The position numbers and the translations under genes are program-made. Shown piece by piece: positions 1 to 13,700 of a stretch of 64,000 bases of DNA. Each line of letters starts with the position of its first letter. Positions within the stretch are counted from its first letter, which is position 1. The stretch is from Paraspadella gotoi (Eukaryota; Animalia; Chaetognatha), in the NCBI GenBank assembly GCA_051294375.1, contig CM119264.1, positions 11,197,832 through 11,261,831 on the forward strand, in the 5' to 3' direction. Under the pieces are notes generated by a model that was not told the DNA's origin, searched no databases, and saw only the letters and a program-made list of their open reading frames with translations.

Positions 1-72
1 GAGAGAGAGAGGAGAGAAGAAGAGAGAGAGAGAGAGAGAAGAAGAGAGAGAGAGAGAGAGTAGATATTGAAC

Positions 73-205
73 CTTTGTGTCGCATCGACTTCAAGTATCG
101 CTTCCTCCTTCGCAGCGCCTCGTTGTAGGCGTGGAGAATTCGACGCTTTTGAATTTTCGGGTAAAAGTAACCGGTGATCACGTGACGAAGGCGGAGCGAA
201 TACGC
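73..205 (-). CDS. DCST1: DCST1-like exon 13 (AYSLRLRHVITGYFYPKIQKRRILHAYNEALRRRKRYLKSMRHK)
   Basis: cag acceptor at 206-208 and GT donor at 71-72; matches the conserved post-TM [24 protein letters not shown] block. Confidence 0.88.
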
Positions 206-3200
206 CTGCGGTCGGGCGGGAAGTGGAAATTTAAGGAAAAGAAGCAACGGCGGCGGCCACAGCGGGAGGGCGTTGGCGGTGGCGCAGATGAAAGAAACGG
301 GGAAAAGGAATGAAACAAAGTTGCATCTTCCACTATTTCCCTCCCGTTTTTCATCGGCGGCTTCGGCGTCGCCTCACTAATAACAATAACGTGTTGGCGT
401 CCCCGGCGGGCGGCGAGCGTCCAAACAACGACTCCCATCGCTTCCAGCGTAATGCCCACGCCGACGACGACGAAGGCGATAAAATCAACATGAGAACGTC
501 AGCGACGACTATCGGGGCGGTTGCCATAGAAACAAAACAATTCTAAGGCACCGATGGCGCACAGTGTGCTTTTTGGCGTATTCAAAGTAATTCATGCCTT
601 TTCATCTGGACCCATCAATCCCGAGCTGAAAAGCAAAACCCCCGGCCGACCTCCAAATAGACGAGAACAAGCATGATTCCGAAACAAGAGAACATCTGGA
701 CGATGACGTCGACGTCCGGGTGCTTGGGGTGAGGCAAGCACTCGTAGTTGTTGAAGTGGGATTCCCTGACGGACAAACGAACGATAAACTTTCCTTTCTT
801 TCCCGATTTCTTTCCCTCTCCTTCCATCTTTCTCTACCCGTTCTCTCCCCGCCAATCACTTGGTGTAGTTCTGGTTGAGAGCCTTGAGCAATCTCCTCAG
901 CATCTTTGCCAAAATCCCGCTTCCGGTGACGTTAACGCCGATTCGATGCTCCGCCAGTTGATAAAATTCCATGTGCGCGTTCTTGCCCACCACGTCTTTC
1001 GAAAAGGGGGGGAAAGGAAGGCGGTGGACGAAAGATGTTGTTAATGGCCAGGATTTAACAATGATAGATCTTCGTTGCCGACCGAGGAAATCGGGCCTTT
1101 GTTTATTGGCTGGATAACTCGAAGACTGCAGACCATTTTAAAGATAGAACCGGTACATTCACTCACCCCAAGAGACGATAAAGTGGGCTAATTTAACCGC
1201 TTATTTACCGAAACAAAGTCTCTCGACAACACAACGAGGGTTCGTTCACTCACCAAAACAAAAATATTTCGCGCATTACTGACTCACCCAACGCGAACCA
1301 GACGAGGTAATCGGTTCCCACCCAAATAGAAGCGCAGCCGGCGAAAAGAAGGACGAAGAGGATCTGTGTGATAAAACATAAAAAGGCGCCGCGAGTTAAG
1401 AACGACGCCGATCGCCTGACTGAGGGCGCCAATCAAAGCGACACGGCTAACCCGTCGGGCGCTTTCACCTCGGCAGGAGTGATTTATATGCAAAATCGAT
1501 CGAACAAAGGAGTAAAAAAAAAGCTAACGAATAAACAAACTAAATTAGGAGCGACCCCAGCGCCGACCCAATGGAGGGACCAATCGACAAACCTGACCTC
1601 CTCTCCATTTTTAAAACCTCACCCGTTCCCTCGCTTCCTAACCTGACCCGACAGTTAAACTCGATAACCTCACTTGGTGCCACGTTTTCTCTCCAACCTC
1701 ACCAGCTACCACGATTCCTCCCAACCTCGCTAGATGTCATTCCCCTCCAACCTGAGCCGCCATTCCTTTCCTCGTCGCCTTCGGAACCTCAAACGACCAG
1801 GGGTCAATAAGCTTCGCTCGCTCGGATTTTTTCAGGGGAAGCAAAGTGCGCTTGCCGCGAAACTTGCGTCTGGATGTAAAGAATACGAAACGAGAGTGAA
1901 GAGAGGAAGCAGAGAGAGAGAGAGAGAGAGAAGAGAGAGAGAAGAGAAGCGAGACGAGGAGAGAGAGCAGGACGACAAAGAAGAGAGAGAGAGAGAAGAG
2001 AAAATGAGATGACGAATTAACTCGGAGTGAGGAAAGGTAAAAAGTCTGGGAAAAAGTCGAAGATAAAGAGAAAAGTTGAAAACGAAAATTGAAAAAAGAA
2101 AAAAAGAAGGAATTCCATCATTCCAATGATGCGGAGACTGTGTACCATCTTAATAATATTAATATTAAATATACTATTTTTTATTATCAAAGTTTATATT
2201 TTTTAAAACATTTTTTTATTTATTCATCTATTGCCAAATTTTATCTAATTTTTTTTTATTCCCCAGATTCTAAATTGTTTAATATATAATTTACATAATC
2301 ATTAATAGATTTTCTCCTTTCCAATTTGCTACGTATATTTGTTTCCCACTTTTTTTCGTTTTCCTATTATTTCCTAATATTTTCTAATATTTTGTCACAA
2401 ATTTTTTTTACTAAATCTTTAGACCATTGTTTTAACAAAGATGCGTCGCTGCCTCAAAAATCCCAGGGAGAAAATTAAAAGAAAGAAAAAAAGTTGAGTC
2501 AACGGATGAAAAAACATTGGAGACGAAGAAGGCGGAGACGTGAAATCGGGAGAGAGAGAGAGAAGGTGAGTGAGGAGGAGGAGGAGATGATGAAGTCATC
2601 ACAGGTGAAATCGAGGAAATGAGAAGAGATTGAGAAAAAGAAAAATAGAAAAAAAAAATTAAAGAGAAGGAGAGCGAAAGATATGGGATGGATAAAAGGC
2701 AAAAGACCGAATCGGAGGAGGAAGGAATAAAACGGATCGAGAAAAAACAAATCGCGAATTAAAGATGAAGAAACTACATTAACACCGAAAGGAAGAAGAA
2801 AAATACGGCATTTGATTCGGAGACAAACGAAAAAAAAAATAGTTCGGAAAAGGAAAAAAAAAAAATAAAGGAAAGAAAAATAAAGGAAACGTCTCGTTGA
2901 CTTTGACAATCTTTCCAGCAACGCCACACGCACGCACGACGACCACAAGACGATGTTTTTGCAGGACTAAGGGAGTTGAAAGTACAGACAAAATTCTAAA
3001 GTCAATTATGAACAACATACATCAGTGAATATTAATTTGCTAAAAAAAATTAATTTAATGTTTTTTAATTTTCGCAGTCAGGCTATTTATATATGATATT
3101 ATCCTTTGGGCAACAATGATTTTCCTTGTTTCACAAACGAATATTTTATTTAAATCGCCCACGAACGCTCGTCAAGGATAGCGACGAAACCAACAGCGCA

Positions 3201-6200
3201 ACGAACTGTTCCAACTAACTGCGAGGACCGAGAAAGAAGATCTGCACAAGAGAGATGGGCTGTAAATGCGCTCATGCATTGATTACTCTAACTACTTGAG
3301 GAAGAATCGATTACGGTAAGGGCTTTTCTTTTGTTCCAAACTCCTTTTAACTGTCCCTGCTATTGACCTCATTGTCCGCGATTCTGTTGAACAGGAGCGA
3401 GACTACCCTGGGCACAGTTGCCGTTAACAACCGACCCGAAGCTGCAGGCAAACCTATACGGCATCGGCGCGGCGCGCGCACACTCCAATGCGTGCCAAAA
3501 CGAGTTTCCGCCACCTGCTGCCAAATGTCTGGCTAAGCAGTGAACGCCAAGCGCGCATTTGCCTCACTCAAAGCGCAATCAAGGCAAGTCATGGTTCACC
3601 TCCGCGGACAAGGTAGCAGCTGGCGGGTAGTCATGGACGCCATGACTACAAAAGCAAAGTACAAAAAATTGATGGCAGACCGAGAAGACTTACCAGCCTT
3701 CTGGCGCAAAGGATCCGACTTCAGCATACAGAGCTCCGAATCCAGGACAGTGACAAAGAAAATACGTGAAATACTGCCCCCCGTCCAGTATTTCACAGAG
3801 TCAATTCCTGACTCACACGCAGCCGCCCTTGTTCTCGGGTCAGCCGAAGGTACATAAGCCCGATTTACCGTTTTACGCCCAATCGTTTCGGCTCGCAAAT
3901 TCCATTTTTAATGAAATGACGAAAAGGAGTTGGGCGCATTCTCACTCGCTCGTTGGGTAATCAACACCACCTTCGGAACTCTGTGGATCTTGACAGAAAA
4001 GCTGCCAGGCATATAAAAGTGCCGATAAGTCATCTTTGTCTTCATGTGATCTAACAAGCATGTTCACTAACATTTCTCAAGAATTTGCGCTAGCATCCGC
4101 CAGAACGCCCGCGTGAGAGAAGACCGGAGATTGCCATGGGCCTCTGATGCAGCGTATTACGCCAATCCAATTGGATGAACAATCATGGCATTGTCCCTGC
4201 GGCTCGATCGTGGAAAACTCGCGTACTTCAGATCGCTCTATGGACATACTACGCCCACCTGGTGGCCTTAGGCGCGATGGGCAAAGTCCAACATCAAGTC
4301 TCCTTCTGAGCAGACTTTATGATGTCGAGGACTATGAGGGGCAAGCCTTGGCTTCTTTCTCGATCGGTTGTGCATGGGGCCAGAGTCAGTCCTCTTCTCG
4401 GGTATACGGACAGTAGGCAGCACGAAGATACCATCCTTGGCCGTGAGGAGGGACCTCGTTGTAGGGACCTCCTGAAAACCATTATGCAACAGCATCCATG
4501 CGAGCATCAAGTGGACATTGAGAAGGAGGGTGAATGGAAAAAAATTCACAATGCCGATGCGCTGATCAGCGCAGAAGGAGCGCGGCTCATTGGAATTTTC
4601 AGTATATCGCAAACTGACCCACACAGATTCAGTGACATTCCCTTCGACTCCCATGCGCCCTTGTCTCACAAGCTCGCCACGGTAGATCCACTTACCAGGA
4701 GAGCCAGCTGATATCCGTCGACCCCGAGCTTCAGGCCGCCGAGATGAGCACGTCAAAAGAGCCTTTAGCGATCAATGGTTACCCAGTGGGGCCTTCGAGA
4801 AAAGGCTACCGGTATCCCGGCCCGGTTGCCCTGCGCGAGGGCAGTGCCAAACCAGGGGGCTGCCCAAGTACGCCGCGAACGGCAGATCCACTCTACCCCC
4901 CAGGAGTGTCCGGAACGGAGCTTGCTGCTCTGGAAGAGCCCCTGACCTGCGCCCCACCACCAGCGCACCCCGGATGATAGCAGAAGCGACCTAAGAACCG
5001 TGGGTTGCACTTGTCCCTCCCCTACCACCAGGGGATCACTGCAGTCATTGGTGCACGCCGTGTGCTAGCAAAGCATGGTGGGATCTTCCAGCCTCAGTGA
5101 CTTTACCCCGCGCGTTCTTCCTTGAGCAATTGCGTTGAAACCCGAAAGATTAATCCCCAGACGAACATCAGGAGCCGTTCTATTGGGCGGCCTGCTGCAG
5201 AGAGCGCGGCAACCAACCCTGCACAGCTCAGCATACTGTGGCGATACAGAGAAAGGTCTCTGACGGATCGGGCGTTCCAGCCAACATTACGAAAACCCTA
5301 GCCGTGACGCTCGCGGGCACTTCCTGTCCGCTGTTGCTGGAGCAACAGCAAACAGCTGGCCACTCATTATACGAGAGTCAGGACTGTCTCGTGCTGTCCC
5401 ATGCACCCCGGAACTGCGTCTCAAGAGGTATTAGGGATGGCAATCTATATTCCAAAGCTCTTGAACCCTCTTCTGAACCGTTGATGGACGGACGATCTTC
5501 GACCTCCCCCAACTACTGATTCGCTTATAAAAAGCGTGGTGGAAGCCCCGCCTCCACACGTCCCGCACAAATGATTCCCCTGTTGCACTCAACGGACAGG
5601 CGGAGACCCTTACGGCAGGCAATGGGCAGTGCGATGCCTCTCCCTCGACTTGTAGCAACTCAATCCCTCTCTCTTGGGGACGAGCGTCGACCAAACCGAC
5701 GGCTCCAGAGGAGGGAGAGTCCAGCACTCCTGTCACCAAGTGGCAAGAACTGACAACCCGCCCACCTCGTCAGCAGGGCCGAGAAGAGGGCAGCTGGCAG
5801 GCGTATCAGGCCAAAGAGACATTCGCAGTAGCGCTTTGGAATGTTTCCGCAAGGAAGCCTCCCTAGCCCGACCAATAACATATTCGGTTTCAATTGTCCT
5901 CTTCAAACCAATGACACGCCAATGACCCACCCCATCGGCCTCGTAGCCTCTCATTTGTCCAAACCAGGGGGGCCAGCTCACTTTGAGCTTCTTCTTAATT
6001 CTAATTTCTAACTTTATTAACAATTTCTAACACTAATGTATCTTCTCCACTTTCACATTTCATTTTCACCTTCACTTATTTATTTATTAAATAGTTAATT
6101 GCTTATACAGCTTTTAAAAACTTTATTTGTTGTACTATTTGGAAATGTAATATTATTTTCTCTCTCCCTGTCTCCTCTCTCTCTCTCCCTCTCCCTCTCT

Positions 6201-7750
6201 CTCTCTCTCTCAAATCTCTCCACTCTGGACCATTTCATTTCTTATTTCAAAACTAAAAATCTACTCTGTCCTCAATTCATTAACCTTGTCCTCACCACTT
6301 GACCCTATATTTTTCTCAACTCTGTGTTGGAAAACTTGCCCCTCTCTCTCTCTCTCTCTCTCCTCTGCTCTCTCTCATCTCTTCCCTTCTTTCACACAAA
6401 AAAACTGTACAAAATTTCACAAATCATGACGCTGAGAAGGCTTGAATCAAAGTCCGAAACAAGTAACGTTTTCTATGATTAAATAAAAATTCGTTGTGAA
6501 ACAACAATTCATTTTGCCCAAACTACCATACAACAACGAAAAAAGAAAGCGTTATTACCAGTTATTATCCTATAAAATCGAAAATTTTCAAAATAGCTTT
6601 CTAATTTTATTGCAGATTTGAATTCCTTCGTCAAAAGTTGATGAAAAGAAAATATAATATCATTGTTTAAAAATTCTTTCATTAAGTGGTTAAAAATTAA
6701 AAAAATTTATAATTTAATATATAAAAAGTTTAATTTTAAGTCTAAAATTATAGCCTTTTTCTAATTTTGAATTCCCACTAACGAAGGAATTTTTCAAAAA
6801 GAGTTATATTTCTCTTTACCAACTTTTACTGACAATCCAAATACTGAAAAAAAAAAATCTTAGAAAAACCTGTTTTGAAATTTTAACATTTATTGCTTTA
6901 GGTACTAGTATAAATATGCCTACTGCGTAAATTTGTAAAATTTTTTTTAAAAATATGTTTATTAGATAAATGTATTAGGTATAAGGGTCTCGTTACTTCC
7001 TCACTTTTTATGAGTTAACCTTAGAGAGTAGCGACACCACGAAATTACTACGTTTTTGCGACGGCGAAACTGGCGAAAGTCTTCCCGGAGGCGAACGACC
7101 CTTCTCATATTCGAGCAGCGTTCCGCGAAACGAGCGCCTCCTCAGGAAGGGAAAGATCCCTTCTCTGTTCCATCGAAAAATGCGTCATCTTCCGCTAGAC
7201 CCAAATTTCAAACCCCTTGGCTAATCAACCACCTTCCATACTGTTACGAAATAACGATCCTTTATATTTCGATGAAATTCCAAGCTTCTCTACTTTCCCG
7301 ATGCTCTTTTTGTTCTTTTTACTGACATAGAAAATGCCTCCGTTCTCGTCGATCGCAGCGACATCTTTAGGATCTTTTGTTTATATTTAAGTACAGATTT
7401 CCGAAGTCAGTGCACGCTGATTCTGATTGGTTCCCGTGATTTCTCCGAACGTAGTTCAAATACACATAACACACAATCCCCACTTTCCCACTCCTCTCCT
7501 TCCCCCCCCCGCACCTGGCGTCGATGTGTCGAAAGTAGAAAGTGACGTAGTCGTTGTCGAAATGACGTCGCGACGAACTTCCGGTGATAAGCGACGCGTC
7601 GAAAATGACGACGAGAAAGGCGAAGGCCAAGACTCGCTGCACCGTCACGATCACGAAATCCACCCAGGCCTGAGGGACGGCGAAGTGGCGTGTCCGAGGG
7701 AGAATATTTTTGAAGGGGTTGGTCGGTCGCTCTCTCTCTCTCTCTTCTCT

Positions 7751-7797
<47 letters not shown>

Positions 7798-8099
7798 CTC
7801 TATGATCTCTCTTTCCCTCGGGACTTTCTCCAACCTTCCTGTAGTCGAACTCGTACTGAATTGGACTCTTTGAATTCCTTGACTGTCATGATGTCTCCCT
7901 CGCCGTCGTGTTTTCCTTGGAGATAGAGAGAGAGAGAGAGAGAAGATAGAGAGAGCAGAGAGAGAGAGAGAGAAGAGAGAAGAGAGAGTGGCGGGTTACA
8001 AAGGAATTTGTGAGGGGAGGTGAAAGAAGACGCGATTGAGCGAGAGACGGAGTCGGGAACATAAACAACTTTCTTTTTAGGTGCTTTTCCATTCATGAT

Positions 8100-8157
<58 letters not shown>

Positions 8158-10682
8158 CTCCTCTTCTTCTCTCTTCTCTCTCTCTCGCTCTCTCTTCTAT
8201 TTTTCTCTTTTACGCCAACGCTGCATAAAAACATCTTGGAGAAACAACAATTCATTTCTTCCCATTTTTTCCACCCTGTCCGCCACACCCCAACTCTCGA
8301 CCACCCCGCCAAGCACCCCTCCCCCACTACCACCGCGCGGCCTCCGCGCTTTATACTGCAGAGTCACGAAGAAGTTCTTGAAGAAGTTCTTGGCGACGGA
8401 CTTCCCGTCGCGTAGAGAGACTCGAACCCGGAAGGACGAGGAACTTCCCGCCGGAGGTTACGGGTCCAAGGCAGGAGAAGCTGATGCCAAGAATCTTGGC
8501 AAAGTTGCACCAGTTCACCTGGCGGTCAGGAAAGGCGAGAGAGAGAAGGAGTGAAAGAAATAAAAAAATTGGAAGAAAAAGGAGGAACAACCAACAAGAA
8601 AGAAAGAAGAGGAGAAAGAAGAAAGAAAAAAAAAATCAATAAAGAATGAACGAAAACCCTAATTAATTAAAAAAATCAAACAAAAAATATACAAAAAAGT
8701 TCAAATAAAAACAAGGAATACAATGTATAAAAAACAGAAGAGAGAAAAAAAAGAGATAGAAAAACAGAAGCCCCGCGGAACAAAATCGATCCGCGTCTCT
8801 TTCCTTTTTGTTTACTTTAAGAATTTCGCAGATCCAAGCAAATCCTTTGACGACAGTCAGCGTGCACTTTCTGTGCGCTTTCCTGATGTGACTGTTGCAA
8901 GAATCCAATCCCGCGAGGAGAATATCCTCGCATCTATTCGGGGAGTGGGGGGGGATTTTTTTTTCGAAGAGTTTTAAGGAGGAGAAGAAACTCGTTTCGA
9001 TTCCGAAGAACTTGTATGAGTAGCAATGTGGAAGGGTTGCGTCTCGACTTTAGCCGATGAGAGGTCAGCTTTTATGTGGATGAAGTGCCTAATCGGGGAA
9101 AAAAAGGGGGGTTTTGTTCATATCGGTTTCTTGATGTCCTGCCTGTCTATACATATTGCTTAATGAGCTAGTAAATAGTTTAGAGAATTAGAAGAGTTTG
9201 CGGATGCCGTTCCAAGTTTTCTCGTTTGGCCCGCGGAGTGTCGGTTACTGCCAAAATTGTCCCATTCCGGAAAAGTCGGTGTTTCCAAGGTCAAATTCGA
9301 TGTCGAAAATTTGATGGTTCTTACTTTTTAAATTGAGTAGTAGTCGTGAAGTCATCGTAGTCATCGCATATTCGCGATCTCCCCCCTCCCCAAGCCATCC
9401 CCTGCAACCAAAGATATAAAACAATCGTTTATCTTTAATTNNNNNNNNNNNNNNNNNNNNNNNNNCGACTACGATGATCACGACGACTACGAATTTAAGA
9501 AGACACCCATAAATTTTCGACTCGAATTTGACCTTGGAAACACCGACTCCGGAAGGGACAATTTTGAGCAGTAACGACATCCGCGCGGCAACGAGAAAAC
9601 TTGGAACCGGCATCCGCAAACCTCTAATTCTCTAACTATTTACAGCTCATTAAGCAATAAGTATAGACAGCAGGATAAGAAACGACACCTCTTCCCGACT
9701 TTAGGCATTATCACAAAAAACGACCCTTCACTCGGCAACGTCGCGAGCGCCACCCCTTCCACCTTGCAACGTCATACAAGTTCTTGGAATCGAAACGAGT
9801 TTCTCTCCTCGTTAAAACTCTTCGGAAAAAAAAAAAGTAAATTCGTTTCTCGTTTCGTACCAACGTGACATTGTCGTAAATATATCGACCCGCTAAAACA
9901 ATAAAGAGAAATCCGGGCCTGTTCCCCCCACCACCGCAGTTCGTTCACATATGGGGATCTAGGAGGTCTTGGGGATCGATTGCGAAACTCGGTCTCAACT
10001 GGCAGCCATTCATGTTCTCAAACATGGGCAAGACCGCAATTTGAAAATATCTAGGTCGAGGACGGAACGTAGATAAACGTTTTCGACAGTGTGAGACGGT
10101 CAAAATGTGATATGAGTGTAGATAAGAGAGATTGTGAGAGAGACCCTGATTCTGGAGAGAGAGACGAGGATGATGAGAAGAGAGATGGAGATCGCGAGAG
10201 TGGAGAGAGAGAGAGAGAGAGAGAAATAAAAAACTGTAGAGACGAGAGAATGAGGAGGAGAGGAGGAGTATGATCGATAGAGATGTAGAGAAGAGAGAGA
10301 GAGAGAGAGAGAGAGATGATGAGTGGAATGATCCCTAATCTTTAGTCGATCCGTCCGTAGAAGCAAATTTAACGTCTTTGATGACCACTTTAGTCCTCTG
10401 ACTTGAGAGCGCGCCTGTGGTTGGGAATTCGTCATTTAGCTTGTACTGCTTGTTCGTCCCCGTTCGACCGGCGGGTAACTTCAGTGGGAGGAGGAGGAAC
10501 AAAGCTGTCAAGGCAAGCAACGAGTAGGGATGGGAAAGAAAAAATTAAAAACCCGCGCTGGTCGTTCGGAATTTCCATACGTTACATTCGACACGCCCTC
10601 TTTGGAAACAACTCTTTCGCCAAGATAAACTCCTTCCGCCCGGCTTGCTCATTAGCTTCGCTGCCATTTTTTTTCCGTCCTC

Positions 10683-10723
<41 letters not shown>

Positions 10724-10724
10724 T

Positions 10725-10764
<40 letters not shown>

Positions 10765-13700
10765 CTTCTCTTCTCATTTCGGTACTTCCTTTATTTCCAT
10801 TTTTTTTTCCCAGGGCTTGTAGGGGAGTTAGGGGGCGGAGGTGAGAACCGCGCTGATGTTGTGGCGACCTTTTTCTACATCGTTCCTGATCCTACTTTTC
10901 CATTCCGACGTCGCCACGCCCTCTAATCGGCGCGTATATCACCGTCGCGACGCCTCCGCAAGAAGCGCCGCCCAATGGCGCGGCGATGGCCTTTACCGTC
11001 CCTTCCACTGCCACTCACTCAGAAACGTCTTGAGCAATTTAGAGAGCAATACAACAGCAGCTGACACGCGTGTAAAACGTATCATTAATTTCCTATCTTT
11101 ATCGTCGTCTCGATCTCACATTTTTAACATCGCATCACATCACTCCACCCTAAATACTTTTTTACATCACATCACTCTACTCCACTCCCTTGCATTTCAC
11201 TGCACTCCACAACCTCGGACCCCCAGGCTCGACCTCGGATCCAAGGTTGATCCGCGAGGGATGGAACCGCGGCTGCGCCTCCGCGGCTGCGCCTCCGCGG
11301 CTGCTGCTCTGAATCTGCTGCGGATCCGACGCCGCAGAATTCCGGCCATCGCTCAAATTCAGACACCAAACGGAAAGTAAAAGGAAAAAAAAGGGGAAAA
11401 ATGGGAGGAGAAACGGACGGAGGGTAAAAATAATCGGATCGAGTAGAAGAAGAAATGGAAAGTAAAATAGCGACAAATAGAGAGAAAATAAGAATCCAAA
11501 AGGAAAATGGCAAACGACATTCGTAACGGCCACAAAAACGCCTCAACTTCTCTTTCTATGGATTTCGCGTCGGACGACCCTAACGCCGTCTCGAATGGGC
11601 GGGACGCCATTTCAGTCGCCCAAAATACCATTTAGGACGCGTCCCTTCGTAAAAAAAAAGAGAAAATCCTTCGGAGATGAGGTTTATGACCCTCGAAATG
11701 TCTCGAGAGGGATAGAAAACAGAATTCTGATTATAAAATCTGAGTCAAAACAGAAGCTGGCCTATCCCTGTTTTCTGCACTGGACGAGAATCCTCAAAGT
11801 AATTTTTTTTTTGCCGACCGAGACCTCGTGGACCGAAACCCGTGACGAGTGCCGAATCGACCATTCCGACTTTCCTCCCTATTTTCAGGCTTTAGAATTA
11901 TCGCCATCGAGACTTCACTGGCCTTTTGCCATTCACGTCTCACCATCCTTAACCCCAGCAGCCACTCCCGCCACCTGAACAGCGCCTTTTCGACGACGTT
12001 GGCCTCCACTGCGCCTTCCGCCTTCCTCTTGATGTTCTTCTCTTCGAACGCCTTCATTCGCTCCAGCGGCGCCGCCGACTGGAATTTGTCGGCGAGGGAC
12101 CGGAGCAGGTGGACGAGCCACTCCGTTTCCTTGGTGCCCTCGGCCTCTCGGACGACGTATTGAAAGGCCTTGGGGTCGAAGAGAAAGAGGAAAGTGTGAG
12201 AGAAGAGCATTTCTTCTTTGAATAACATTCGGTGAAATCCTCAGTGAACAACAATAACGAACAACAATACGATTAAAGATCTAAAGTCTCCGCTTTACTT
12301 GAGCGACTTTGGCGGCGAGACCCTCGAAGCTGAAGGAGTTGATCTGCAGGTCGACGAGGACGTCGAGGAAAGGCTTGAAGTAGGCCTCGAAATAAGTCAG
12401 GCTGTGGTTAACGATCATCCCCGCCCCGCAGGCCAGTGATCTGACGGCCTCCTTCGCGTTCAGCATCACGTTGCCTGGCGACAGACTTTGCAGTTTATTT
12501 ATATTTTTTTCAAAAAGAGTGTTTTTCCCTCGAGCAATAACAAAACCTCTGACCGCGAAAGGTAGAAAATTGCCTTCTTTTTTTTTTTCCATTACTTCTT
12601 GGAACCACACAAAAAACCTTTCACTCAGCCTGAGCCCTGAGGTCTCCTGGGTTATCTGCTTTTATACTCGGAGCCGTTGCGGCCGAATAATGGAAATACA
12701 AACCTCCATCTCGCTTTTATTTCCTTTTCAATTTTTCATGCCCCCTCGCCTTGTTTACTATTCTCGTTTTCCCCCCCTCTCGCCCCGAAAAAATATTCCG
12801 GTAGTGAAAGCGGGGAATTCTCCGTCCTTCTTTTGTTTTTCTCCCCCTGCTTCATTTTTCATCTTCTTTCAGACAACCTTCCGTCTCCCAGCAAACCCCA
12901 ATTTTTCACCCTGGAAAATTCTCCCGAAAATTCCCCCCCCCGGCCATTTTTCCCGCGCCATTTTCCTCATTCTTTTTTTTTTTTCCTTTTGGACTCTTGC
13001 TTTGTTTTGGGTCTCTCCCCTTTTTTTTTTTTCCGGGAACGAGGCGTAAAAACGACGGTAAGCGAGCCACGCCCTCTCCCTTTGCCTCGATGCTCGAGAC
13101 TCCATAAACCATCGACTCTCGGCGTTGACCCTTGACCCTGACCTTTGTCCCTTTCGAGAAAGACAAGGACCCCCGGCTCCCGTCGGCACCTGTCGGTCCT
13201 TGAAGGAGATATCCGGCCACGTAGGTGGTCAAGACCGCGCGCCCCGTGCGCCCCGTGAATTCTGGCAACGTCAACAGCGACACGCAGCGGACGCGTGGCG
13301 AAGTCGCGAAGCCGCAGCCGAGGAACAAACAAATGATCAACGAGACGATCAGTCGCTTTTGTCGAATTTTTTTGGGGGGTAAGATGGGGTAAGGGGGTAA
13401 GGGGGGGTACGGAAAATAGTTTAGCTAAGAAGAGAAAAGGAGGGAAAAAACAAAGAATAAAGAAAATGAGGAGGGAAAGAAGTGAACTGGGAATTGGCTT
13501 TAACAAGAACATCAAGTTGAGCGGAACGAAAATGGGAAAGAGGGTTGGATTCAGCAAAGTGAGAAGGGAGGAACAACGAGTGAGAGAAAGAGAGAGAGAG
13601 AATAGCTGGTTCGATACAATATAGGATACGGAACGAGTCGTGGAAATATTATGAGTGAGAATTTGAACGACCTTGAACAAAAAAAAAATCTACCTGAAAA

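Noticed and set aside
10335-10520. Possible extra DCST1 exon
   Set aside because: Exon 11975 joins 8933 in phase and gives the conserved RC; no family motif or clear donor here
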